From: Wickerhamiella versatilis
Lineage: Eukaryota
DNA: 64,000 nt
Assembly: GCA_030867685.1 (NCBI GenBank)
Contig: JAQOWU010000001.1
Span: forward strand, 1 to 64,000
Direction: 5' to 3'
In this document: in pieces, positions 53,389 to 64,000 of the stretch
Numbering within the stretch: the first letter of the stretch is position 1
Layout of the letters: each line of letters starts with the position of its first letter
Made by a program: the position numbers and the translations under genes
Notes under the pieces: model-generated
Databases searched by the model: none
What the model was told of the DNA's origin: nothing
Seen by the model: the letters and a program-made list of their open reading frames with translations, nothing else

Positions 53389-53565
53389 CGCGACGCGTAG
53401 GTGGACTTTGCTAGTATGCCTACGGGGCTTTGCTGGCCCAGATTAAGATCTAGGCCCTTATTCCAACCCCAAAAAAACTAGAGTGCCACTTTTTTTGCAC
53501 TTTTCTTGGGTTTATATCCCTTACACGTGGTGAGACGACCTCAGGTTTGACGCGACAATACGCGG
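53389..53565. promoter_or_regulatory. Cluster of MCB-like elements upstream of the STB1-like gene
   Basis: ACGCGT 53393-53398, ACGCGA 53550-53555, ACGCGG 53560-53565; also CACGTG 53524-53529. Confidence 0.5.
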
Positions 53566-53850
53566 GGGTTAGGTTAAAAAGTTGCAGCCCCCTCTGACGG
53601 CCCGAATCACACCAATATCACAGTATAGAAATGGCTTTAAACGCAATCGCACTATACCAGTATATACATGATTAGTGCCTAGGGATGTGCAAAGTATCTC
53701 CAGTCAGTTGCCTATTGGATTCTTCTAATCGAGGCACCGTCGATCCCAAACCCTCTTACCCGGGATTAATCCCGCCTCTCCTTTCTTAAAATCTGCACTC
53801 AGGTCCCAGCCCAGTAACCTGAGAAGTTGGCTCTCCACGCAGCAATTACA

Positions 53851-54930
53851 ATGACACCATCGTCACAGGTAACTGTTGCGGAAGAACGGCAGAATGACAT
53901 CACGGTAGAGCGAGTCCTGCGACAGGCACAGATTTCTCGGTTAACACAAAATCTCCGATCTCGTCTTCAGCTTGCAACATTGAAGACCCAGGGGCAGAGT
54001 CCACAGGCACCAAGATCCGCAAGCAGTATACATGCCAGCATGAGCCCTCCATTGGATCCTGATTCGCGGTTTGCCCTGCCTGCCACACCTCAGAGCATTG
54101 CACGGCAGAGACCTTACCAGTCCCCGTCACCAGTGAAACGTAGTGCGAGTCTTGCCGCAGGAGCTACTTTTGATATGTCTGGTAGTGGTGGTGGTGGGCC
54201 CAGTGGAGCAGCAGTTGCGGCCGCTGCAGCTGCCAGAAGGCCCAAGGCCCTGACACCTTTACCACTCCGCAAGCGGGCACGTACACTTGAAGGGCAGAAT
54301 CAAGAGACAATGAGAGCACCGTCCATGATGATGCCACACTCTTTGTCGACCCCTTCGATGCCGCAACTATCAATTCCACCACCCACATCTGCAGTTCCTC
54401 CCTCGGTCCAGGCCGCTATGACGAATTCCGGTGTACCAACGCCTCCCACGAGTGCCCAATTGGCTAGGAATATCCACATTCCCGAGGAATCGGCACGAGC
54501 ACCTATCCAATTCTCACCACAGGCCCAGCCGCCATTTCCCACCCACCGACGGTCTCCAGGCATCGTCCAGGACCCGCGGAAGGATGCAGAGCCACACACG
54601 CCGCCACCGCAGCAAGCCCACAGGCCAGGAACTCAGCATCTACGCCCCTCACAGGCACAAGCCCCTAGGACACCAGGCCGGAATACACAGGACAACGACG
54701 GGGCAAATCTACTTTTGTACCTTGCAACATCTCCGGGTCGGCCGGGCATGACGCCTCGCACCCCTCATACACCACAAACGCCTGATTTTAACCTTAATGA
54801 TTATCTGCACCTCTACTCGCCATCACCAAAGGCGCCGCCTAATAGAGATAATCGACTAGCAGGTCTGGGTCGCATCAATCAGTTGAACCAGGATATATTT
54901 GCTGGAATGGAGCAAGGGCCGGCCTCTTAG
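53851..54930 (+). CDS. STB1: Whi5-family (GTB motif) G1/S regulator, Stb1-like
   Basis: RLTQNLRSRLQLATLK GTB-like motif, GANLLLYLATSP, FNLNDYL and many S/T-P sites; first ATG 53851. Confidence 0.7.
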   Translation: MTPSSQVTVAEERQNDITVERVLRQAQISRLTQNLRSRLQLATLKTQGQSPQAPRSASSIHASMSPPLDPDSRFALPATPQSIARQRPYQSPSPVKRSASLAAGATFDMSGSGGGGPSGAAVAAAAAARRPKALTPLPLRKRARTLEGQNQETMRAPSMMMPHSLSTPSMPQLSIPPPTSAVPPSVQAAMTNSGVPTPPTSAQLARNIHIPEESARAPIQFSPQAQPPFPTHRRSPGIVQDPRKDAEPHTPPPQQAHRPGTQHLRPSQAQAPRTPGRNTQDNDGANLLLYLATSPGRPGMTPRTPHTPQTPDFNLNDYLHLYSPSPKAPPNRDNRLAGLGRINQLNQDIFAGMEQGPAS

Positions 54931-55651
54931 TACTTGTGAAGCTCGGTGGCCCCTCTTTATTAATTCTTAATTTATGCATGATCGGTGTGCTAGCTGCTTT
55001 GGAGCACTATAGTTCTGTGTACCAGCACCAGTAAGTATTTAACATTTGTAAATTTTATTTTTGCCCACTTTACTTTACATTTCACGCAATAAAGCTTTTT
55101 TAATTTATATTTATATTTATATTTATCTACAGCAGGAACATACATAGATTCATATATGCGGGACACGACCCGCGGCACGCAAGAGTCTACCCGGTTTATC
55201 GCATTCCCGATTACGAAATGTGGTCGTTTAAGTTTTTTTCCATGATTGAATTATAAAAACTTTATTAAATTCACCGTCCATCTCTCTATATCTCTAAACG
55301 CTTATTCAATTGACTTGAGCCAAATTTTAGCTACCCTAATGCATTTTCGTACCCTAGCCCAGACAGACATGGGCGATGCTTTGCTTCCAAGGTTAATAGA
55401 CCCGTCAATGAGATATATACATCCTCAATCGTAAAATTACTCTGGTATGAACCCTACGTTCCGCAAGACTGGGTGATTTTCTGCTCTGCATCGTTACAGG
55501 CTTACAGGCCCAGTATCGTTCATGAACATACTGAAGGGTTAGGGTCAGCCCCTGTCCATGTTTCTCCCTCCCGAAGGCGAACGCTGACGCGTCTTATATC
55601 TGACATATCCTTTTTCCCTACCAAAGATCAGGCTTCGAGTCTCTTTGAAAT

Positions 55652-56641
55652 ATGATGTTACCCGCGCTGGTCGCGGCTCCTCTCTTTGTATTGTTGCGGC
55701 CCGTGGTAGGACAGCAACTGTCAGACTCACAGGGTTGCTATAGCTCCATTGATGGATTCCAGAAGATGTCTGGCAGCATTGGGGCGTCTTCTGATTGCGC
55801 TACGAAGTGCCAACAGCAGGGGATGCCATTGCTGGCGTTGGCAGGCAATACATGCTATTGTGGTAGCACACTTCCTGCGTCGTCAGGGAAATCTGATAGT
55901 AGCGCCTGTCAAAGCAAGTGCGACTACTATCCAAAAGAAGCTTGTGGAGGTGAGGGTGCATATATAGTGCGTGCACTACCCAATGCCGATTTTTCCACGG
56001 CGGCTGGAGATAGTTCCCAGAGCTCCACATCGGCACCAGATACCAGCACCTCAACCACGGCTCCCCCCACATCGACTTCTAGCAGCACTTCCACGAGCTC
56101 TACAAGCTCCAGCAGCTCCAGCAGTTCTTCCACTTCCTCCAGCTCAGAGTCGAGCAGTAGCATAACTTCCACTAGTTCCGCCTCTTCATCACCTACTTCA
56201 TCGAGTTCTGAGGATTCCTCAACTTCTTCCTCCTCGACGCCAACGAGTTCTAGTCCATCGACGACCTCGGTACCACCCACTGCGACTGTCACTGCGCATT
56301 CGGATAATAATAACAAACAGAAGACAAGCAGTGGCATCAGCGGCGGTGCAATTGCTGGAATAGTTGTTGGCGTAGTCGGCGGGCTGGCTCTGTTGGCTGC
56401 TTTGATTGTATTGGTAGTGCTGTGGTTGAGACGACGAAATAGAGACCAGGATGAGGATGCGGCTTTCGACTTCTATTCACCCCAATCCTCGCCCGAAAAA
56501 TTCCAGCCACCACCAATCGTAGACCAACGCCTAAATCCTAGCATGTTGGGCGATCAACGCATATCTATTGCATCTCTTGCGGATGCCAGAGACTATTCGC
56601 GACAAGTCTTAAAAGTTGCTAATCCCGACGAGAAGAACTAA
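55652..56641 (+). CDS. WSC-family cell-wall stress sensor
   Basis: Signal peptide, Cys-rich WSC domain, Ser/Thr stalk, transmembrane GAIAGIVVGVVGG, and tail DQRLNP...DYSRQVLKVANPD. Confidence 0.92.
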   Translation: MMLPALVAAPLFVLLRPVVGQQLSDSQGCYSSIDGFQKMSGSIGASSDCATKCQQQGMPLLALAGNTCYCGSTLPASSGKSDSSACQSKCDYYPKEACGGEGAYIVRALPNADFSTAAGDSSQSSTSAPDTSTSTTAPPTSTSSSTSTSSTSSSSSSSSSTSSSSESSSSITSTSSASSSPTSSSSEDSSTSSSSTPTSSSPSTTSVPPTATVTAHSDNNNKQKTSSGISGGAIAGIVVGVVGGLALLAALIVLVVLWLRRRNRDQDEDAAFDFYSPQSSPEKFQPPPIVDQRLNPSMLGDQRISIASLADARDYSRQVLKVANPDEKN

Positions 56642-56745
56642 TACCCAAAAGACTCTTAAAGAATAAACAGCAGAGAGAGCCTAGCTCCTGTACTTAAATT
56701 AAGGCTTTATAAATGAAATAAGCTGTTTTGCTGATTACTACGCAA

Positions 56746-57473
56746 ATGCAACGGGGTCGTGGCCAGATAATTAGGCGAAGGTCCTCCTTCCTGTCGCCAT
56801 CACCGAGTCCTCCTCCGGCAGATGAGAGCGTCGAAAGGGAATTTACTGAGGACACGCGCCACTTTAGTATGTTACGCCAGCTTCAGCTTGCGGACTGGAT
56901 TACAATGATGAATTGCTGGTGTGGTTTCTACTCAATTGTCTCCAGCGCCCGGTTTATTCATAGCCACTACTCTGTGATGAAATATGCTTATCGTGCCATG
57001 CTCTTCACATTTGCGGGCTTCTTCTTTGATGTCTTTGACGGCCGGGTAGCAAGGTGGCAAGGTAAGTCAAGTGTGATGGGCAAAGATCTGGACAGTCTGG
57101 CCGATATAGTGTCGTTTGGGATAGCTCCGGCAACTATTGGGTTCAGTATAGGCTTACAGACCACTCTTGACCTGGGCCTTCTGGGGTTCTTCGTTATTTG
57201 TGGGTTGTTGCGCCTAGCCCGATTCAACGTGACAGCGGTAATACTCAGCAAGGGACAGGCAAAGGTATCGCATTTCGAAGGTCTACCAATTCCCACGAGC
57301 CTTGGCCTTGTTTTCTTGATGTTCTTCGTGGTACACAGTGGGCATTTCATGGATAATTTGCCCGGTGGTATTATCTTTAAAGGTACTTTTTTGAGATCCA
57401 CCCATTCGTATTTGTATTTGTAGCGTTGGGCACCGCTTATGTTTCCAAGAGCCTTAAAATTCCTAAACTTTGA
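56746..57473 (+). CDS. CHO1: Phosphatidylserine synthase; -1 frame break at T6 (57387-57392)
   Basis: HFSMLR, LADWIT, DVFDGRVAR, LDSLADIVSFG, RLARFNVT, FEGLPIP. Adding one T restores FFEIHPF...SKSLKIPKL with stop at 57471-57473. Confidence 0.92.
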
Positions 57474-57555
57474 ATAGACCAGTGCCTTTAAGCTTATTGT
57501 ATATAAACAAATTTGTCTAATGAGCCCTTAAATTCAAAATTCTTGGGGATCTCTC

Positions 57556-60500
57556 CTAGGTCTTTTGTTTTTTAACCCGTGGTTCCGGTATTCCGTAACC
57601 TCCCCCACCAGGCGTATAAATGACTATATGGTCACCAGCCTCGATACCCACGGTGTTCTTGCCACCAATCGAGATGGTTGTTCCAGAAGACGCTTGGTAC
57701 CAGAGGTTCTTACCCATTGAACCGCATTCACCACCTAGCAGACCATAGGGTGCGCGCGACCGCCTTTCAGAAAGAATCGATACTTGCACTGGGTGCCTGA
57801 ACTCCAAATCGCGTATAACACCGTCGCCACCACTGTGCTCCCCGCGGCCACCACTTCCATGCCTCAAGGAGAATTGATGAAGGATGACGGGGTAGCGCTT
57901 TTCAAGAATCTCAGGGTCGGTTGCACGAGTATTCGTCATATGAATCTGAACACCGCTTTGACCATCCCAGCTTGGGCCTGCACCTGCACCACCGCATATT
58001 GTCTCATAGTAGCCAAAGCCACGACGGATAGTACCATCCTCAAGCTTCTCTCCCCCAAACCCGAACGTCAGGTTATTACATGTGCCCTGGGAACCCGCGA
58101 CCGCCTGGAATGCTTTAAAGACAATATCAGTCACTCTCTGGCTCGTCTCTACATTTCCACCAACCGTTGCTGCCTCGGGACCAGGGCTCAAAAAGCTTCC
58201 AGCTGGAATTCGTATGTCTAGAGGAACCAAGCACCCATGGTTAAGGGGGATGTCCTGAGAGATCATAGTGCGCAGGCAGTACAGAATTGCCGAGAATGTG
58301 ATAGCTCGCGGCGCATTTAGATTACCGAACAACTGCACACCAGTTCCCTCAAAGTCAAAGACAGCGCTTCCCTGCTTGGGATCAAGGCTTATCCGCAAGT
58401 GCAGGGGTGATCCATCATCCAGGAACTCTTCAGCAATCAATTCAGTACCATGAACAGAAGCAACGTCCCTAAGCAGAGAACGCACGGCATGCTCTGCATT
58501 TTGCTGTATACCATACATGTACTTTTGCACTTTGGGCAAACCAAAGTCCTCACACATTCCGAGAAGTAGCTGGATCCCTTTATTATTCGCTGCGATTTGT
58601 GCCTTCAGATCCGAGAGACTGTCTGAGAGACTGCGAGAGCCGGAGCAGCCAGGGAACTGAGCTGGTTCGTCATACAGTAAATGACGGATACCATCCTCGT
58701 CGAAATTCCCCTCATGAACAACCTTGAACCCTTCGATTCTGGCACCTTCTTGCCAGAGATATTTACTAAACGGAGGCATAGAACCAGCTGTGATGCCACC
58801 GATATCAGAATGGTGCCCGCGTGACGCAGCCCAAAATATGATTTCCTTGCCATGGAATACAGGAGTTATCACAGTAATGTCAGGCAGGTGCGAGCCGCCA
58901 TAAGCAGGATGGTTGGCCACTAACACGTCACCAGGCTGAAGTTTTCCTGCCCATTTTTTTGCTGATAGCCCACTGCACTTGACATGCTACCAAGATGAAC
59001 AGGAATGTGGGGTGCATTGGCCACTAACCCACCATCAGGACTGAAAATAGCGCAGCTAAAGTCGAGACGCTCTTTGATATTGGTAGAGATAGCAGTCTTC
59101 TGGAGAGCTTGGCCCATCTGTTCTGCAATGCTCATGAAGCGATGTGCAAAAACCGAAAGCTGTATAGGGTCTACTCGCTCCTCAACATCTTTCACTATGG
59201 TATTATTTGATACCACATCGATGACGACATGAGATTCTCCAACATGGGCCGTGCACCTAGGCTCCACAACAATAGTCTGAGTCTCATCTAATATCATTGC
59301 AGGACCCACTATTTTGGACCCTGGTTTTATATCTGAAAGCATATATATGCCAGCATCAACCCAGCCGTTAAAGTACATTCGCTGTGTTCGCGTAGGACTC
59401 AGCGAAGTTTCATGGGAAGCTACTCTCGGAAGTAATCCCTTGTGGTCAATTTCAGGCCTCGCTATGGCACGAACTCGTACATCTTCAACAAGAATATCTC
59501 GATGGAGAGTGAATCCAAACTCCTTAAGATGCCTCTCCCGGAAGGCTGAGGCAAATGTATCCTTATCAGATTGAAGCACCATGATGAATGAGTCCGCACC
59601 CTTGTATCGCAAATTCAAATATCGTTCGACATCAATATTTTTGTACCCTTGTTCTTGCAGATCTGATACCGCTGATTTTTCGAGCTCATCAAGACGCTCT
59701 AGCAAGTGTGGAAGTGTGCCTTCGGAAAGTATTGAGGATTCGGGTTGTTGAATATCCGAAACAACACTTGCCAGTGCAATACCAAAGGCGCTAAGAATAG
59801 AGGAATATTTGTGGACGATAACGCGGCTTATATCAAGCGACGACGCAATGGCACATGCATGCTGACCACCTGCACCACCAAAACTTGCAAGAGAGTGCGA
59901 GCTTACTGGATATCCTTTTCCCTCGGTAAGTGAGCGGATTGGGCGGCACATGGCCTCATTGGCAACCACTAAGAAGCCCTGAGCAACTTCTTCGGGGGTC
60001 AAATGCGATTCCCGATCTTTGTTAATTACGTTGGTGAGCTCAGAGAATTTTTGCGCCACTATCTCAGTATCCAAAGGTTGATTTTTCTCCGAACCAAAAA
60101 TGTGAGGAAAGGATGAAACATCGATATGACCCAGAAATACATTAGCATCAGTAACTGTAAGAGGTCCTCCCTTACGATAACAAGCAGCACCGGGGTGAGA
60201 CCCAGCGGATTGAGGGCCAACCGCGAAAAGCCCTTTACGCCAACTCAAGATTGAGCCACCCCCCGCAGCTACTGTCTGTATATCCAGCTGGGGGGCTTGA
60301 ACGGTTACCTCTGCTGTTGTGGTCTCAAAAACATGTTCTAACTGGCCATTATATCGGCTTACATCTGTCGATGTTCCACCCATATCGAATCCGAGAACAG
60401 GTTCACCTTCATATGCTGTCTCAGCATAGCCAACTACTCCACCAGCAGGACCACTAAGGATGGCCTTCAAACCTGTAAAGTTTTTAGCCGGTGCCAAGCC

Positions 60501-61322
60501 ACCGTCGCTTTGCATGAACAGAAGTTTAGATCCAATTGATTCAATGCCACCTTTAAATCCTTCAGCAATTGTGCGAATGTACCGTTGGATGATGGGGCTT
60601 AGATACGCATCAGCAGTAGCACTATTTGCACGCGAAACCAATTTTATCATAGGTTGCAGCTCACTGGATACTGAGACGTTATCAAAACCAATTTCTCTTG
60701 CAATCTTCGCAATATCTTGCTCATGTTGTGGAAATGTATATGCATGTAGGAGTGAAATAGCCAATGATCGGATTCCACGTTCATAAATACCTTCCAATTG
60801 CCTTCGAACCGCTAAGAAGTCTGGCTTTTGCAATATCCGCACCAGTTCACCGCTAATTCCTTGCACGGTGTCTGGTCCGGATTGTGCTTTTCCATAATCA
60901 GGATCTTCAGTGAATTCTTCTAAGGTCACACGCTCATCAATCTCGTGAACTTCTTCATATAGGTATCCGAGTTTAGCTACTTTGAGATCAAAAATGTCTG
61001 GTCTAGCTTGTTGACCAATGCGCAATATATCTCGGAAACCTTTTGTAACCAGGAAAGCGACCCTATCACCTTGTCTTTCAAGAAGACCGTTAGTTGCTAC
61101 GGTGGTACCCATACGGATTGAAGCAACTCCAGATATATCCAGTGGTTCACCTAGAGGAATATCGCGGCCCTCTACTTTCTCTAAGACCCGTCGAATTCCT
61201 TCAGTTGGTGCATCTACATAATTTGCTGGATCAACTGATAACAATTTGAGTACATATTCTTCGCCGTTATTATTTGCATACACATCTGTGAATGTTCCTC
61301 CTCGGTCAATAGCAATATTCAT
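57556..61322 (-). CDS. OXP1: ATP-dependent 5-oxoprolinase; -1 frame break at A7 (58954-58960)
   Basis: [39 protein letters not shown] in ORF 58920-61331; [29 protein letters not shown] in ORF 57556-58926. One extra A joins them as [20 protein letters not shown]. Confidence 0.93.
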
Positions 61323-61512
61323 TCTAGACAATGAATCGCTGATAACTAATGATTTGTCACCAGACCTTAAGAGAAGGTTACCGGCCAGCGGCTGGTTGTC
61401 TATTATAGTCTATATTCCGTGGTAACAGTGGATTTGAATCTTAATCCGACTTATAATTATTCAATTGCCTGCCCGAGAAGATATACCGAAGCAGTAAGAT
61501 TTCGTGGATCTC

Positions 61513-61533
61513 GTGATGTGATGTGATGTGATA
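61513..61533. repeat. (GTGAT)4 microsatellite
   Basis: gtgatgtgatgtgatgtgat read directly. Confidence 0.85.
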
Positions 61534-61578
61534 CAATGCGATACGATGCCTACCAAATGATGTTAGTTGGAAAACATG

Positions 61579-62721
61579 CTAGGTAGTCGCTATCCGTGTT
61601 GCACGCCATCCTATGAGAAGATATTGTGATGCAAGCATACTGTGAGGAGAGCCATCGTAACGATTGGCACCTTTCCAGACCGCATCAATTTTCCATCCAT
61701 CTTCAGTCAGGAAATTGATCAACTCATTGGCTGAGGGCTCGCAAAATGGTGCCGATCCCCATTTCAGCGGACCATAGTTGACCCACACACCACCAGGTTT
61801 AACAACGCGCTTTATTGCCTTTAAATAGTCAAAAATGTTTTGTGCTGTATCAATGAAAAATAAAGTCGCCAAGCAATCAAAAGTTTCAGTGACATCTAAA
61901 AAATTCTTTTGAAGCCATCTAACAGGTTTTGCAGACGAAAAATCAAGTGTTACACCTTCAAGTTGATCCCTTCCTTCGTACCAGTAAGAAAATTCGTGAA
62001 CGAAAGGGAAAATTTTGGATTCTGCGGGCTTTGACAGAGCGTATTGAGCAGAAATTGTCATAACAGGGTCTATCTCGATGGCTGTGACATCAAAACCACG
62101 AGAAACGGCATCAGACGCAAGACGACCAAGACCAGCACCAGGTACAAGAAGTTTGCATCGCGGTGGCAGATTCTTCCAGAAAACTTCGTATAGGGCTTCT
62201 CTGCAAGTTGAATCGGAGCTCCAATCTCGGACAAAAGCGTTGAGTGTATTTATTCCGACATAGGGGTTCGTTGGTCTCAAGGAGACTCGTCGCAATGCGA
62301 ATTCAGTTGATGAAATTCCATATTTATCTCCTGAAAACCGAGTTAATTTTTGAAGGAACTGGGCATTTTCTTCTGTCGCCAGATATTCTACTTCCTTGTA
62401 CCTACGATATGTAGGAATAGCTGCTTGCTGTTGCTCCCGAGTTAGATTGAAGAATAATCTTTTCTTACGATTTATTATTGCCTTGAAACCAGAAGTATAG
62501 CCGTCAATACTCACGATTGCGTCCAAAACCGTACTATGTACAGGACGAGAATTGAGGTAAGATTTCGGCATCGCCAAACAAGCACAAGAGACAGAGAAAA
62601 CGATGCTGGCTAGTGAAATACCAAAATTTCCAGTATAAATGGAGATGCCTACACAAATAACACAAACAAGCGTAACTGTTATCACCTTCCGATCATTCGG
62701 ATCGGTTATTAATGCATACAT
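61579..62721 (-). CDS. N2227-like SAM-dependent methyltransferase (carnosine N-methyltransferase family) with N-terminal transmembrane segments
   Basis: FVRDWS, LLVPGAGLGRL, TLFFIDTAQNIFDY, PGGVWVNYGPLKW; two hydrophobic N-terminal segments; first ATG 62721. Confidence 0.85.
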   Translation of the reverse strand: MYALITDPNDRKVITVTLVCVICVGISIYTGNFGISLASIVFSVSCACLAMPKSYLNSRPVHSTVLDAIVSIDGYTSGFKAIINRKKRLFFNLTREQQQAAIPTYRRYKEVEYLATEENAQFLQKLTRFSGDKYGISSTEFALRRVSLRPTNPYVGINTLNAFVRDWSSDSTCREALYEVFWKNLPPRCKLLVPGAGLGRLASDAVSRGFDVTAIEIDPVMTISAQYALSKPAESKIFPFVHEFSYWYEGRDQLEGVTLDFSSAKPVRWLQKNFLDVTETFDCLATLFFIDTAQNIFDYLKAIKRVVKPGGVWVNYGPLKWGSAPFCEPSANELINFLTEDGWKIDAVWKGANRYDGSPHSMLASQYLLIGWRATRIATT

Positions 62722-64000
62722 AATTTGCTCCACTCAAATTTCTAGTTTCCTATATATGTCTTCTTTGTCACCAGGACTACATTATTAAGTTCTTCATCCA
62801 TGTGTCTCTTATTCTTGTTCCATTTCATTACTCATGACTATCTACAACCTTGATACGTACTATTGGACGAATAGGTTACAGTAGGGATAGTTTCACAATG
62901 GTGCTCAAAATCCTTTAAACGTCTAAATCATCAACCATATAGTTAGAATCATCGGTATTCAGCAATTAATTGAAATTTACTCTGGCTATCACACCGCTTT
63001 AACATCAGTATATGACTGTTATACACAGTCCACTATGCCTGTTGGTGCCTGTTCATATACGCCTGTATTCGTTCTTTGCCTGTGTGCAGCCATGTTGGTG
63101 CCTGTGACATTCCAACACCGGCTGCGTTACTGTAACAGGCGTCCCGAGTCATTATGTAAATCATTATATTGTATTGTCCAATGATATTATTGTGTGATTG
63201 TGTCCAATGGTAATTGTTATATGTGTGATGTAATCCATGTTTGATTGTGATTTATATTTTGATTGTAGCAAATATTAGAAAGTAAATACATTTTAATTTT
63301 ATATTGCAATAAAATCGCTTATAATTGGTTATTTTGATGGGTTAATCGATTTTTAATTGGCTGATATTGCTATTTTCTAATTGGTCCAAATATGTTGCTA
63401 TATTTTAACCGCGTATGGTTGAATACTCGCATATTTGTACATTTTGTTGGTAACCTACCGAGTATCTCTCGAGAAGTGGTTGTCTGTATATTTTTCGCAT
63501 GTAATAGTTCCGTAGAAGTCAATTTTAAGTATATATTAGAATTTTGTTGTTAGAATTTTGTTGAAATGATGCCCTGTTCTGTTCTGTCTCAATATTTAAC
63601 TACTACCAGTGTTACTAGAATCGTTAACCTATGTATCATCTGTATCTTGCTTGTCTAGCTGTCGGTCTGGTAGATATCAGGTATGTCAGTGATAGAAAAT
63701 TATGATGCCTAAATTAGCGGTATAACTTTATAATTTTTGTCTGGGTAATATATTATTTATAGAACAAAAAGGAAGAGAATGAATCATGAATCATAACGAT
63801 TCAATGCGATATAATAAGAGAAGATAATAAGAGAAGACGACAAGGTAACTCGGAGAAATGGTCCCCTGCATCAGTGGTCAACCCGCACGCAGACAGCACA
63901 AGAAGCTGCCACCGATTACTAAACATCATGCCTGTGTATGTCTATAGTACTGGGGAACTACGAGAACTGAGCCACTCAGAACTTGTTGCACCACCATCAT

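Noticed and set aside
57556-61331. Two-gene bacterial-style hyuA/hyuB pair
   Set aside because: The break is inside the B domain at a homopolymer, and the sequence is fungal OXP1-like.

Overview
Eukaryotic, gene-dense budding-yeast DNA: standard genetic code, almost no introns and very short intergenic spacers. The compact style suggests a Dipodascomycete such as the Wickerhamiella/Starmerella group, but that is inference. Bases 1-~5000 are a gene-free array of degenerate ~0.5 kb repeats interleaved with A-rich satellite, and the minus strand looks like a decayed protein-coding repeat. From 5.5 to 62.7 kb there are 38 protein genes, mostly recognisable housekeeping genes (ERG8, NCB2, ADE17, ALG12, RPL15, CTF18, RPN8, SOG2, MEP, MTG1, KTI12, UTP15, ATP25, MTE1, ALG11, MOB1, TPS3/TSL1, ACH1, TMA16, GPN2, RBL2, BUD27, MOD5, CAB5, CUB1, STB1-like, WSC, CHO1, OXP1). 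The strongest unexplained signal is an AP-1-like heptamer, T(T/G)A(C/G)T(A/C)A, found 2-33 nt upstream of the likely start codon in 14 of the 38 genes. These genes are functionally unrelated, which points to a general core-promoter element in very small promoters. CHO1 and OXP1 each need a -1 shift at a homopolymer run, most likely an assembly error. No tRNA, rRNA, CRISPR or intact transposon was recognised.
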